NCBI GenBank assembly: GCA_947630055.1
Contig: CANRGA010000001.1
Coordinates: forward strand, 10,195-74,194
Origin: an uncultured Bacilli bacterium
GTDB taxonomy: Bacteria > Bacillota_I > Bacilli_A > RF39 > UBA660
Length of the DNA stretch: 64,000 nucleotides
Direction of reading: 5' to 3'
Position numbers and translations under genes: made by a program
The notes under the pieces: model-generated
What the model was told of the DNA's origin: nothing
What the model saw: the letters and a program-made list of their open reading frames with translations, nothing else
Databases searched by the model: none
Part shown: positions 1-10,049 of the stretch, piece after piece
How the letters are laid out: each line of letters begins with the position of its first letter
Numbering within the stretch: position 1 is the stretch's first letter

Positions 1-88
1 GTCAAATAAAATAGCCGAAATCTTTTTAAATTACTTTCATCATAACCTTTACCATAATCTTGTGCTAATTTTTCTTTACTTTTCTTAA

Positions 89-1030
89 TTAATTTGCTTT
101 TGTTTTATTATTTACTAATTTATAAGTTGTGACATAAATATCTGTATTAGTAGTAAATTCAATTACTAATTTATTTTTCTTTTTAACTATAAGTATACCA
201 ATTGTTTTATTATTAGAATTTTCTTTTATATATTTATCGATATAGCTGACATAAAATTGTAATTTTCCAATATCTTCTGGTTTTATCTCTTTTGATTTTA
301 TTTCTACTACTACATAGGCATTTAATTTAATGTTAAAAAATAATAAATCAATTCTATAAGCTTTATTGTTAATTTTTAGTTTATATTCATGCCCAACAAG
401 AGCAAAACCTATACCTAATTCCATAAATCTATTTTCAACATTATTTATTATTTTTTTGTGAATAGTTGCTTCATCTAGTTTTGAAGTATTTTCCTCAATA
501 TTAATAATAATTGGATCTTTTATCATATCTTCAATGGTTAAGCTATTATTTTGAGTATCTGTGATTAATTTAACATTATTTTTATCGGCATAAGTAAGTC
601 TTTCAAATGATTTACTTTTTATTTCATTTCTTAACTCTCTAACAGATAAATTATTAAGTATAACTTGGTTTATATAATAGTTTCGTTCATTTTCATTTTT
701 TATTGAAAGTAATTCTATTATGTGACTCCACATCAATTGTCTCAACGATGTTGAGACAATTGGAAACATAAGATAAAACTGCTTAAACCTAAATAAATTA
801 ACTCTATTATAATTCTTACCGTATTCTTGTGATAATTTTTCGCCCCACTTCTTAATTAAATTATCACCATACTTAGCCCTAGATGCTCCACTTTGAGCTT
901 CAACTAATAATCTCCCTATTTCATAATATCCTTTTAATCTTTCTTCATTATCAACCATTCTTCTTACTCTTGAACTACTCTCAATATCAATTATGACATT
1001 TTCCACTTTTTTTAGTGTTTCATTATTCAT
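89..1030 (-). CDS. DUF1016/YhcG-like PD-(D/E)xK nuclease family protein, full-length copy
   Basis: Track ORF 89..1267 contains internal Met MNNETLKK at 1030 preceded by GGGAGAG RBS, giving 314 aa colinear with the 319-aa paralog at 21354. C-terminus ELGIGFALVGHEYK..YRIDLLFFN..VVVEIK matches the PD-(D/E)xK core of the DUF1016 family. Confidence 0.65.
   Translation of the reverse strand: MNNETLKKVENVIIDIESSSRVRRMVDNEERLKGYYEIGRLLVEAQSGASRAKYGDNLIKKWGEKLSQEYGKNYNRVNLFRFKQFYLMFPIVSTSLRQLMWSHIIELLSIKNENERNYYINQVILNNLSVRELRNEIKSKSFERLTYADKNNVKLITDTQNNSLTIEDMIKDPIIINIEENTSKLDEATIHKKIINNVENRFMELGIGFALVGHEYKLKINNKAYRIDLLFFNIKLNAYVVVEIKSKEIKPEDIGKLQFYVSYIDKYIKENSNNKTIGILIVKKKNKLVIEFTTNTDIYVTTYKLVNNKTKAN
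734..762. repeat. perfect 13-bp inverted repeat with 3-nt spacer inside DUF1016 N-domain coding sequence (CAATTGTCTCAAC gat GTTGAGACAATTG)
   Basis: Read directly. Encodes PIVSTSLRQLMW. Confidence 0.9.
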
Positions 1031-1456
1031 ACATTCTCTCCCTTCTTTAATTAATTCACAACTTGATAAATTATTAAGTATTATTTGATTAATATAATAA
1101 TTTCTTTTATTCTCATCTTTTATTGGTAATAACAATACAATTTGAGTCCAACTTAATTGCGAAATCAGTGATTTCGCAATTGGAAATTCTAAATAATATT
1201 GCCGTATTAATTCTAAATTTCTACTGCTATAATTTTTACCATATTCTAAAGATAATTTTTTCCCCATTTCTTAATTAGGTTTTCGCCATATTTTGCTCTA
1301 GATTCTCCACCTTGAGCATTTACTAGTAATCTACTTATTTCATAATATCCTTTTAACCTTTCTTCATTATCAAACCATCATTCTTACTCTTGAACTACTC
1401 TCAATTTCTATTATGACATTTTCTACTTTTCTAATTTACTTTTGTTCTATTATTTA
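1031..1456 (-). pseudogene. degenerate remnant of a DUF1016 N-terminal domain (in-frame 5' extension 1031..1267 plus frameshifted piece 1268..1456)
   Basis: 1031..1267 encodes EKLSLEYGKNY...NYYINQIILNNLS. 1268..1456 on the minus strand reads VENVIIEIESSSRVR..GENLIKKWG with indels. One-base loss at the KKWGEK junction creates the ATG used by the track ORF. Confidence 0.5.
1155..1181. repeat. perfect 13-bp inverted repeat, 1-nt spacer (AATTGCGAAATCA g TGATTTCGCAATT) at the homologous codon position of the remnant copy
   Basis: Read directly. Encodes PIAKSLISQLSW. Confidence 0.9.
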
Positions 1457-2044
1457 CTAATTTATTCTTTTGCGAATAGTGACTTCATCTAATGCAGAAA
1501 TATCTTCATCAACATTAATAATAATAGGATCTTTAATCATATCTTCAAGAGTTAAGTTATTATCTTTAATATCAGTTATTAACTTAATATTATTTTTATC
1601 GGCGTAAGATAATCTTTCATAAGATTTACTTTTTATTTCATTACTAAGTTCCCTTACTGATAAATTATTAAGTATAACTTGGTTAATATAATAATTTCTT
1701 TCATTTTCGTTTTTAATAAATAATAATAATCTAAAATGACTCCATGTTAATTGCGTACACACTGTGTACGCAATTGGAAAAATCAAATAAAATCTACGAT
1801 ATAATTCCAAATTTCTTGTTCCATAATTCTTACCGTATTCTTGTGATAATTTTTCGCCCCACTTCTTAATTAAATTATCACCATACTTAGCCCTAGATGC
1901 TCCACCTTGGGCTTCAACTAATAATCTACCTATTTCATGATATCCTTTTAACCTTTCTTCATTATCAACCATTCTTCTTACTCTTGAACTACTTTCAATA
2001 TCAATTATGATATTTTCAACTTTTTTTAATGTTTCATTATTCAT
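1457..2044 (-). CDS. DUF1016 N-terminal-domain-only paralog (truncated, 195 aa, lacks PD-(D/E)xK core)
   Basis: Own RBS AAGGAGAAAATGT-ATG. 75-80 percent identical to N-halves of 89..1030 and 21354..22313. Stops exactly where paralogs continue into the nuclease core. Confidence 0.6.
   Translation of the reverse strand: MNNETLKKVENIIIDIESSSRVRRMVDNEERLKGYHEIGRLLVEAQGGASRAKYGDNLIKKWGEKLSQEYGKNYGTRNLELYRRFYLIFPIAYTVCTQLTWSHFRLLLFIKNENERNYYINQVILNNLSVRELSNEIKSKSYERLSYADKNNIKLITDIKDNNLTLEDMIKDPIIINVDEDISALDEVTIRKRIN
1749..1775. repeat. perfect 13-bp inverted repeat, 1-nt spacer (AATTGCGTACACA c TGTGTACGCAATT) at the homologous codon position of the truncated copy
   Basis: Read directly. Encodes PIAYTVCTQLTW. 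Confidence 0.9.
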
Positions 2045-2278
2045 ACATTTTCTCCTTTTTTAAATAATATTTTTACCCCTTCACTTATATATATAGAAGT
2101 TTTTTTACTAATTTCCTTTTATTTTTTTAATTTTTCTTTAAAAATTATTAAAAAATAGACTTTTGAATCATTTTTAAACTATATTTTAATAAATTTTATT
2201 TAATATTTCCTAAATATAATCTTGATAATAAAAATATGGTATGTTAAAATTAATGATAGAGAGTAGGTGTGTTTTTGT

Positions 2279-2980
2279 ATGAAAAAACTTGCTGCATTTT
2301 TTGCTATGTGCGCTTTAATTACAATGCCAGTTAATGCTGCATGTTCTTATACGGAAAAAGCAGAGGCTAATACAAAGGCCGCAAATGTAAAAATAAATTA
2401 TGAGGTTGTTGAAGATAAACAAGAATCTGATATGGGTACTTCAATAAATGAATATTTTAAAATTAGTATTTTAAATGTAACTAAAGAGTTATATGTTGTA
2501 GTTAGTAATGATGTTACTAATGATAAAGTTACTTATACTTTTGATGATGCTAAAGATGGTGTAATAACATTTAATTGGGATAACATTGAAACTATTACCA
2601 ATTTTACATTTACTATTTATGCTTCAAATCAAACTCCATGCTATAATGAAGAATTAAAAACTATTAGAAAACAAACACCAAGATTTAATGACTTTTCTAA
2701 TAGAGCTATATGTGATGGTATGGAAGATTTTTATTTATGTCAAAAATATACAAATATTGCTGAAATAGATGAAAGTATGTTTATTGAAAAAGTAGCAAGT
2801 TTTAAAGATGGCAAAATCACTGAAGAAGGTAAAGATGCTGAAAAAGAGAAAAAAGGAAATAGCATAATAAGTTTCTTAAGAAAAAATAGATGGTATATAA
2901 TAGGTGGATTATTAGTAATAGCTACTGGATCAGGTGTAGCTATAGTAATAAGAAATAGAAAATACAGGGAGGTTAAATAG
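2279..2980 (+). CDS. secreted protein with N-terminal signal peptide and C-terminal transmembrane anchor (first gene of the pilus operon)
   Basis: ATG at 2279 after GAGTAGGTG RBS. MKKLAAFFAMCALITMPVNA signal. C-terminal WYIIGGLLVIATGSGVAIVI then RNRKYREVK. Stop is 2 nt before the next start. Confidence 0.55.
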   Translation: MKKLAAFFAMCALITMPVNAACSYTEKAEANTKAANVKINYEVVEDKQESDMGTSINEYFKISILNVTKELYVVVSNDVTNDKVTYTFDDAKDGVITFNWDNIETITNFTFTIYASNQTPCYNEELKTIRKQTPRFNDFSNRAICDGMEDFYLCQKYTNIAEIDESMFIEKVASFKDGKITEEGKDAEKEKKGNSIISFLRKNRWYIIGGLLVIATGSGVAIVIRNRKYREVK

Positions 2981-2982
2981 TA

Positions 2983-5900
2983 ATGAAGAAAGTAGTAAAA
3001 TTAATAAGTCTATTTGGGCTATTATTAATGATTAATGCTTTAAGAGTAGAAGCGGATATAAAAGCAAATTCATATTCAGATGCAGGTTATTTTGGTGGTG
3101 AAAAAGTACTAGAAGCAAAATTAAATGTTAATGGTACTAACACTACTGCATATTGTCATAATCCAGGTGTTACTGCATTTACACAAAGTGATGTTAGTAA
3201 TAAAATAACTCTTGTAACAAAAAGAAAACTTGGTGATACTAAAAATGGTCGTGCTCAAAATATTTATGATGCCGGATTAATGTCAATTTTAACAAATAAT
3301 AATAAAGACAATGGAAATGCTAACTTTAGTATGGCTAAGTACATAGCAGTTAACTTATATGAACAATTATTCCCAATGTTCAATACCAATGGTAATAATG
3401 GTAGTTCAGAAATTCCTTATTTAAAATATATAGTTAATACACAATTGTATGATAGTGTTAAAGGTGATTTAAAAACATTATCAAATAATATGGGTGCTTA
3501 TAATGTTATTAGTAGTAGAATGAGCGGAGCTAGTAAATGTACTAGTAATTGTGGTTCTAGTTCTGATGTTAATACTGCAGTGTCAATGGTAAAAACTGCT
3601 TTAAAAACAGCTATTAACTATGCTCAAAATGGCGAGGCAACAGCTACAGTTGGTAATGCTATTCAAACTCGTTCAGAAACTAAAGATGATAAAGGAAAAG
3701 TTACTTATAAAGATACAGCAAATCATACAATTACAATTGCTTCATTTGGGGATTCTAATAATAGACCTCGTTCAGTTTATTTAAGCTTTAATTGTGCAAA
3801 TTGTAAAAATGTTACTACAAAATTTTATCTTAATGATAAAGAAGTTAATGATATATCAAAAATTAATTTATTAGATTATACAGATAATGGTTCTGGAGCT
3901 GTTCAATTAAAAATTGAATTTACTGGTGATACTTGTGAAGAAATCAATTACACATTAACAGCAACTTACACTCATTATTCTATTTCACGTTCTGGTTATT
4001 CAGTAGCTAAGTGTTCAAATTCTAATAAATGTCAAGGTTTCTATGTAGCTGATTCTAGTAGTTCAACTGGAACAAAAACAACTTCTATAGAAAATAAAAT
4101 AAGTTTATGTCCAACAAATGCTGATGTATCTCAATGTACTGCTAAAATTGATAATGTTGAATGTGTTGAATGCAAAGCTAATACTCATGAAGTAAACATT
4201 GTTGAAGGATATACTTATCCAAATGATAATACTTGTGATACTTCAGGAGCTACTTTAGATATTAAAAAGTGTATTGCAAATGATGGTGCTATAGATACAG
4301 CAAATCATACATATAAAAATAGTGAACTTTCTCAAGATACAAAAAGCCATAATGCTGGTGTATATTGTAAAGAAGATTATACTTTAAGTATGCCAGGCTC
4401 TATAATGGTTGATACTGGTAGATATTTTACTTTAAAATCATCTATTACAGGAACAGAGAAATGTTATACTAATGATTTATTAAATTCAAAAAGTGTAGCA
4501 AGTGTTAAAGCAACAATAGCGCAACATGGAAAAGAAACCGTAAATGCATATAATGAAATTCAAAAATATAAAGCAATTGAAGCTTGTGTTAATAATGGTG
4601 GAAATTGTATCACTGTAAAAAAAGAAAGAAATTCAACTCCATGTAAATATAAATATTATTTTGTATCATCTACTAGACATTGTAAAGAATGGAATGAAAG
4701 TGGTACTTCATGTGCTAAATATGAAACAGATGATGAATATTTGGCTAGATGTAAATCTTTAGGAAAATATGGATATATTAATTCATCTGGTACCTGTAGA
4801 TATATGCCAGAGGCAAAGCCTTTATATCAATATAGAATTGTTGCGGATTATAAAGTATCATATAATGTTTCTTCATGTGACGGAGGAGGTACTACAACCG
4901 CATCTGATAGAATATATGAAGGTGAGTGGCGTACTTGTGGATATGATCAATATTGTGGTGGAAAAAGATGTTCAGAAGTTTCTACTGAAGCTGATGATGA
5001 TACGATTCCAGAAGTAAGAGAAGAAGTTTCTGAAAATGAAAGAGCCGCAGCTTTAGCTGCTATAGGCCAAAAAGCAACAGGCCACTGGGTAAGTAATGGT
5101 GGTGTTGGTAGTAAGGTATCAGCAGGTGGTAGTTGGGTTGGATCATCAGGCTCTGGTTTAAGTGTACAATTAGGTACTGGTAGTATTATTTCTGATATAA
5201 ATGACTGGAACTCTGCTACTGGATATTATGGTGGTATATTTGGTAATGACTTTGATGATACACCATTCGATGGTGGTTGGAAAATGAGTTATAATTTTGA
5301 TCCAGATATGTATTTCTGGTATCAAGAAGAATATATGAAACAAGCTAGAACAAATCAAATGGATATGTATGATAAATCATTAAAAGATGTTAAGGCTCAA
5401 TATTGTGAAGGTACAGTATCTAATGATTATCAAACTTGTTCAACTGGTTGGAAAGATATTCCATCTGTTGAAAGTGGTAGCGTTTGTGTATGTTGGGGAC
5501 CTGATCCTGGAGACTGTGGAAATAAAAATTATGTATTATCTAAAGTAAGATATGTTATTCAGTCTCAAGAAGCAGAAGCAAAATTTATAACACCAACTCA
5601 ATTTTATACAATAGCACCATCTGGAAGTATAGTTGTAGCTGATCAAGGTAAAAGTGATGAAATACCAAATTCAAAAGAACTTACTAATGGTTTACCTGTT
5701 GGTCTTGGATCAAATGGTACAAGAAGATATGTATTATGGGTAGAAAAATTAGGTGAATATTTTGATACTGATAATTTAGGCCGTGTTTGGGGACAAAGTG
5801 ATAGTGTTATTTCTAAATTACTTAAAGATAGAACAAAATGTAATAATCCTAATTCAGCATTAGTAGATGAAGACAATACTCAAGGTGTAATTCATGATGA

Positions 5901-6807
5901 AGGAGTATATGCATGTAAGTATAGTACTGACTGTCCTAAATCATGTACTAAAGAAGATGATAAATATTATTGTAAAGATGGAGAACCTTGTGATAAAGAA
6001 CAATATGATAAAGAATGCTGTCCAACTTGTCCACCAACAGTAGCATATAAATGTGCTGTAACAACTAATGAAAAAGGTGAAACAGTATATTATGATAAAG
6101 CTGGTAATATAACTACTGAAAAGATTTATAAATCTGAATGTTGTCCTAATGACGAATGTCCTGTAACTTGTGCATTCTGCCTATATGATGGCAATAAGCT
6201 AAATGTTCAATATCGACCAATTACATCAGAGAATGTTAACCCTAATGATAGGGATTTAGGTAAAAACTGGAATTGGGAAGAGCCAATAAATACAGCTTTA
6301 GAATTAAAAGCCTATGTTACTACTAATGAAATAGAAGAAAATGGCGATAGCATTTATGATGTAAATTTTGATAATATAGATGAAAATAATGACTTTGCAA
6401 TGCAAGTTACAATGAATGCACAAATGATTAGTGAAATAAGAGCTTATAATGATAAATATAAAGATGAAGGATATGCTAATAACTCTCTTGAATGTTACGA
6501 TTTAAAAAGTGGTGATACAGTTCATAAAAATGTTTTCTGTTATAGTAACTTTATTGATACTTTAGTAGAAAAATTTGCTACAAATAAAGATGATAGTCCA
6601 ATTAAATTTAATGTAGAAAGACCAATGGGTAATGCAAGAAAAGATACAAAAGAAAATGAAAAATACTTTACTAGTTGGATTTCTGCTGATACTAGTAATT
6701 GGAATGTAACCACTACTAAAGAACTAGCATATTATAAACAACATTATGGTATGGAAATGCAAGATGATAAAGTTGTAGACTACCATGTTGGACCATCATG
6801 GAAATAG
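2983..6807 (+). CDS. large (1274 aa) cysteine-rich secreted protein, candidate pilus-associated adhesin
   Basis: Signal peptide MKKVVKLISLFGLLLMINALRVEA. Many paired cysteines (CPTCPP, ECCPNDECPVTC, CVECKANTHE). No recognisable catalytic motif. Translationally coupled to flanking genes. Confidence 0.65.
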   Translation: MKKVVKLISLFGLLLMINALRVEADIKANSYSDAGYFGGEKVLEAKLNVNGTNTTAYCHNPGVTAFTQSDVSNKITLVTKRKLGDTKNGRAQNIYDAGLMSILTNNNKDNGNANFSMAKYIAVNLYEQLFPMFNTNGNNGSSEIPYLKYIVNTQLYDSVKGDLKTLSNNMGAYNVISSRMSGASKCTSNCGSSSDVNTAVSMVKTALKTAINYAQNGEATATVGNAIQTRSETKDDKGKVTYKDTANHTITIASFGDSNNRPRSVYLSFNCANCKNVTTKFYLNDKEVNDISKINLLDYTDNGSGAVQLKIEFTGDTCEEINYTLTATYTHYSISRSGYSVAKCSNSNKCQGFYVADSSSSTGTKTTSIENKISLCPTNADVSQCTAKIDNVECVECKANTHEVNIVEGYTYPNDNTCDTSGATLDIKKCIANDGAIDTANHTYKNSELSQDTKSHNAGVYCKEDYTLSMPGSIMVDTGRYFTLKSSITGTEKCYTNDLLNSKSVASVKATIAQHGKETVNAYNEIQKYKAIEACVNNGGNCITVKKERNSTPCKYKYYFVSSTRHCKEWNESGTSCAKYETDDEYLARCKSLGKYGYINSSGTCRYMPEAKPLYQYRIVADYKVSYNVSSCDGGGTTTASDRIYEGEWRTCGYDQYCGGKRCSEVSTEADDDTIPEVREEVSENERAAALAAIGQKATGHWVSNGGVGSKVSAGGSWVGSSGSGLSVQLGTGSIISDINDWNSATGYYGGIFGNDFDDTPFDGGWKMSYNFDPDMYFWYQEEYMKQARTNQMDMYDKSLKDVKAQYCEGTVSNDYQTCSTGWKDIPSVESGSVCVCWGPDPGDCGNKNYVLSKVRYVIQSQEAEAKFITPTQFYTIAPSGSIVVADQGKSDEIPNSKELTNGLPVGLGSNGTRRYVLWVEKLGEYFDTDNLGRVWGQSDSVISKLLKDRTKCNNPNSALVDEDNTQGVIHDEGVYACKYSTDCPKSCTKEDDKYYCKDGEPCDKEQYDKECCPTCPPTVAYKCAVTTNEKGETVYYDKAGNITTEKIYKSECCPNDECPVTCAFCLYDGNKLNVQYRPITSENVNPNDRDLGKNWNWEEPINTALELKAYVTTNEIEENGDSIYDVNFDNIDENNDFAMQVTMNAQMISEIRAYNDKYKDEGYANNSLECYDLKSGDTVHKNVFCYSNFIDTLVEKFATNKDDSPIKFNVERPMGNARKDTKENEKYFTSWISADTSNWNVTTTKELAYYKQHYGMEMQDDKVVDYHVGPSWK

Positions 6808-6823
6808 GAAGAAGGGATATTAG

Positions 6824-7231
6824 ATGAAGGAATCGTATTGGGGATATTGGTTAGTTTTATTAGGTGTATTTGTTGTCGTAATATTGTTATTGATTCAAAA
6901 CTTAACAACAAATAATACAGAAAGCAGTTATTCTATAAGACAAATAAGTGAAGCAGCGATGATTGATGCAGTTGACTATGCATATTATAGAGAATATGGT
7001 GAACTTAAAATAAATAGAGAAAAATTTATTGAAAGTTTTATGAGAAGATTTGCTGAAACAGCTTCATTATCAAACAAATATACTTTAACATTTGCTGGTA
7101 TATATGAAGCACCACCTAAAGTAGGTGTTCAAATAACCAGTAAAACAAATACATATTTTATTGCAAATTCTGCTGAAGAATTTGATATGGAGAATAGAGT
7201 AGAAGCAATATTAGAACAAAGTAATAAATAG
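6824..7231 (+). CDS. small N-terminally membrane-anchored protein, pilus assembly accessory candidate
   Basis: RBS GAAGAAGGGA. Single TM WLVLLGVFVVVILLLI. Operon position between the adhesin-like gene and the CpaB-like gene. Confidence 0.45.
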   Translation: MKESYWGYWLVLLGVFVVVILLLIQNLTTNNTESSYSIRQISEAAMIDAVDYAYYREYGELKINREKFIESFMRRFAETASLSNKYTLTFAGIYEAPPKVGVQITSKTNTYFIANSAEEFDMENRVEAILEQSNK

Positions 7232-7242
7232 GAGGAATAAAA

Positions 7243-8010
7243 ATGGGAAATTTAGTGGCAACATTAAAACGATTTATTCAAAATAAAAATACAGTTACTA
7301 TTTTAGCCGTACTTGCTGGTATTATAATATTATGGTATTTTTATAACTATCGAGTAAATCAAGCCGTAACGACTGTTGAAATACCTTATGCAATTGATCA
7401 AATAGATACACGAAAGAAAATTGAAACAGATAATCTTAAAACTAGAGAAATAACAAGAGCTGCTTTAAAAGATAATGATTTAGTTGAATCAATTGCAGAT
7501 TTAGAGGGTAAATACATATGTGTAGGAACTAGCATACCTGCAAATGGCTTTTTCCATAAATCACAAGTTTGTGAAGAAAGAGATTTACCGAATTCTGTTA
7601 ATGAAAACTTACCAGAAGGATATACTCTTGCTAATATAAAAGTTACAAATGAGACTACATATGCTAACTCTATATCTGAAGGTGATTATATCGATATTTA
7701 TATGTATGCTAAAGATGCTAATAATCAAGCATTATATGGTAAATTAATTGAGAAAATCAAAGTACTAGAAGTAAGAGATAATAGTGGTAAAAATATATTC
7801 TGGGATGCGACTGCTGGTGAATCTGCTCAATTATTATTTGGTGTTCCAGATGAATATGCTGATTTATTCGATATAGCAAGTAGAACAAATGGTATTACTT
7901 TAGTACCTAGATTAAGAAATGCTGCTTATTCAAAAAATCCAGGTGAAACTGAAATTTCTAGTGAAGAATTAAGAGCATTTATAATGAATCAAGTACAATT
8001 AGTAGAATAG
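7243..8010 (+). CDS. CpaB/RcpC-like Flp pilus assembly protein (N-terminal TM, SAF-like domain)
   Basis: 255 aa. TM VTILAVLAGIIILWYFY. Size, topology and position immediately upstream of the CpaF-like ATPase. Confidence 0.4.
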   Translation: MGNLVATLKRFIQNKNTVTILAVLAGIIILWYFYNYRVNQAVTTVEIPYAIDQIDTRKKIETDNLKTREITRAALKDNDLVESIADLEGKYICVGTSIPANGFFHKSQVCEERDLPNSVNENLPEGYTLANIKVTNETTYANSISEGDYIDIYMYAKDANNQALYGKLIEKIKVLEVRDNSGKNIFWDATAGESAQLLFGVPDEYADLFDIASRTNGITLVPRLRNAAYSKNPGETEISSEELRAFIMNQVQLVE

Positions 8011-8033
8011 AAAGGGAAAGGACGGGGCTTTAA

Positions 8034-9125
8034 GTGAATGATGCAATATTTTCACAAATTGATTTTGGACCTTTAAAAGAATTTTTAGATGATGATAATA
8101 TAACCGATATTTCTTATGGAAATGGTGGACAAATTCATTTAAAAACTTTGGATAAAGGTGTTTATCGTATTGAAAAGCCAGAAATAAATAATGCACTTTT
8201 AGAAAAATTAGCTTTTCAATGTTCCAATGTTATGGGAAAAACATTTAATATGGCCCATCCATTTCTTGATGCAGAATCAGCTGAATTACGTTTAAACTTT
8301 ATTCATGATTCTATTGCTACTAATGGAATAGCTTGTGTTATCAGAAAAACACCTGCTAAAATAAGACTTAATAAAAAAAAATTAATAAGTGAAAAATATG
8401 TAACTGAAAATTTATTGGACTTTTTACTTACGTGTGTTGAAGGACATTGTAACATTATTGTAAGTGGAGAAACTGGTAGTGGTAAAACAGAACTTGTTAA
8501 ATATTTAGCCAGTCACACTAAAGAAAATGAAAAAGTTATAACAATTGAAGATACACTAGAACTACACTTAGATAAAATTTTTCCTCATCGTGATATAGTA
8601 GCAATGAAAACTAATAATATAGCTAGTTATAGTGATGTATTAGTAGCCTGCATGAGACAAAACCCACGATGGATTTTACTATCCGAAGTTCGTAGTGCTG
8701 AAGCTGTTACGGCAGTTCGTAACTCAATATCATCTGGACATAATATTTTATCTACTATTCACTCAGATCGAGCTTTAAATGTGCCAATGCGTATGTATTC
8801 GTTACTAGAATCAAATCAAGATATTGATCAATTTTTAAAATCAATTCATAGATATGTTCAACTTGCTATTCATGTTAAAGGATATATGAGTGCTGAACTT
8901 GGAAGATTCCAAAGAGAAATAGTAGAAGTTTGTGAATTTTATGTTGATGAAGATAATAATGCGGGTGCTAATATAATATATAAAAAGAATTTAGATGGAG
9001 CAATTCATTTTAATAATCCAACAAAACATTTAAAAGAATATTTAGGCAGTCAAGGAGTTGTTATTAAAGACAATTTATTTGTTGCAGATAATGAATCAAA
9101 TGAAGAAGCAATAGATACATTATAA
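8034..9125 (+). CDS. CpaF/TadA-family secretion ATPase (VirB11-like)
   Basis: Walker A IIVSGETGSGKTE. Asp box ITIEDTLEL. Walker B-like RWILLSEVR. His box LSTIHSD. 363 aa. GTG start with GGACGGGG RBS. Confidence 0.85.
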   Translation: MNDAIFSQIDFGPLKEFLDDDNITDISYGNGGQIHLKTLDKGVYRIEKPEINNALLEKLAFQCSNVMGKTFNMAHPFLDAESAELRLNFIHDSIATNGIACVIRKTPAKIRLNKKKLISEKYVTENLLDFLLTCVEGHCNIIVSGETGSGKTELVKYLASHTKENEKVITIEDTLELHLDKIFPHRDIVAMKTNNIASYSDVLVACMRQNPRWILLSEVRSAEAVTAVRNSISSGHNILSTIHSDRALNVPMRMYSLLESNQDIDQFLKSIHRYVQLAIHVKGYMSAELGRFQREIVEVCEFYVDEDNNAGANIIYKKNLDGAIHFNNPTKHLKEYLGSQGVVIKDNLFVADNESNEEAIDTL

Positions 9126-9143
9126 AAAGGGAGGTGCATAATT

Positions 9144-10049
9144 TTGCGAACATTACCAGAATTAATAATTATGATAGGACTTGCAATATTTGTTATCATA
9201 TATCGTAATAATCAAAATGGTAAGTCTTATAAAGAAGTTTTGAAAAAAGCTGAAGACATATACGACAAATATGCACCGTATTCTTTTAAAGTTGTAAGAG
9301 AAAAAAGTAAGGAATTAGGTCAAGAATATACTACAAAACAATATGTAATGCAAATAGTAATAATGGGTGGATTTGCTGCTTTAATTGGTTATTTCTATTT
9401 TTATAGTATTATTTGGGCTGCAGTATATGCAGTTGCAACAGTAGCATTTATTCCTTATTTAGCTTATTTACGTTGTCAAAGAGTATATAGTGAATTTATA
9501 TTTGAACAAATTCAAACATATACTACTAACGTTATTATGGAATTTAATACTACTCAAAGCTTTGTAAAAAGTTTAGAGGGTGTTAGAGATTCTGGTATAA
9601 TAGAAGAACCTGTACTTTCTGATATAAAAAAAATGATAGATTTATCTTACAAGAATGGTACAATTGATGAATCTATTGAATATTTCAATCAAAAGTATCC
9701 ATTTTATATGGTTAAAAATATGCATCAATTATTTTTACAAATAACCAAAGAAGGTGCAAAAGATGCGGGAGAATCATTAGAAAACATGTCAATGGATATC
9801 GATGCCCTAGTTGAAGGTGTTTATCGTGATCAAATGGATAGAAAAAATTTCCATAAAAGATTTATAACTTTTGCTGTAGTATTATTTTCTTTAGTTGTAG
9901 TAGTAGAATTTATGTTAGGTAAAGATAACTATATAGAACTTTTAGATATATGGTATGTTCAGTTAATATTACATGCTATTGTTTTAATAAATGTATATTT
10001 CTTGATAACAGGAGAGAAATATTATAATGAAGATGTGGGGGCTGAATAA
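9144..10049 (+). CDS. TadB-like inner-membrane platform protein (T2SSF-type)
   Basis: TTG start after AGGGAGGTG RBS. TM blocks at N-terminus, middle and C-terminus as in TadB. Directly downstream of the ATPase. Confidence 0.55.
   Translation: MRTLPELIIMIGLAIFVIIYRNNQNGKSYKEVLKKAEDIYDKYAPYSFKVVREKSKELGQEYTTKQYVMQIVIMGGFAALIGYFYFYSIIWAAVYAVATVAFIPYLAYLRCQRVYSEFIFEQIQTYTTNVIMEFNTTQSFVKSLEGVRDSGIIEEPVLSDIKKMIDLSYKNGTIDESIEYFNQKYPFYMVKNMHQLFLQITKEGAKDAGESLENMSMDIDALVEGVYRDQMDRKNFHKRFITFAVVLFSLVVVVEFMLGKDNYIELLDIWYVQLILHAIVLINVYFLITGEKYYNEDVGAE

Noticed and set aside
89-1267. The 392-aa track ORF taken as a single protein with a duplicated N-domain
   Set aside because: An internal RBS and Met at 1030 give a 314-aa protein colinear with the intact paralog. 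The upstream 79 codons continue into a frameshifted fragment (1268..1456), so the extension is better explained as a pseudogene remnant read in frame.
4769-5876. Internal ORFs 4769..5017(+), 5170..5358(-) and 5643..5876(-) inside the 1274-aa gene
   Set aside because: Alternative-frame or antisense ORFs fully nested in a long, well-supported CDS. No RBS.
7999-8196. ORF 7999..8196(-) overlapping the cpaB/cpaF junction
   Set aside because: Antisense, and overlaps two coupled genes.
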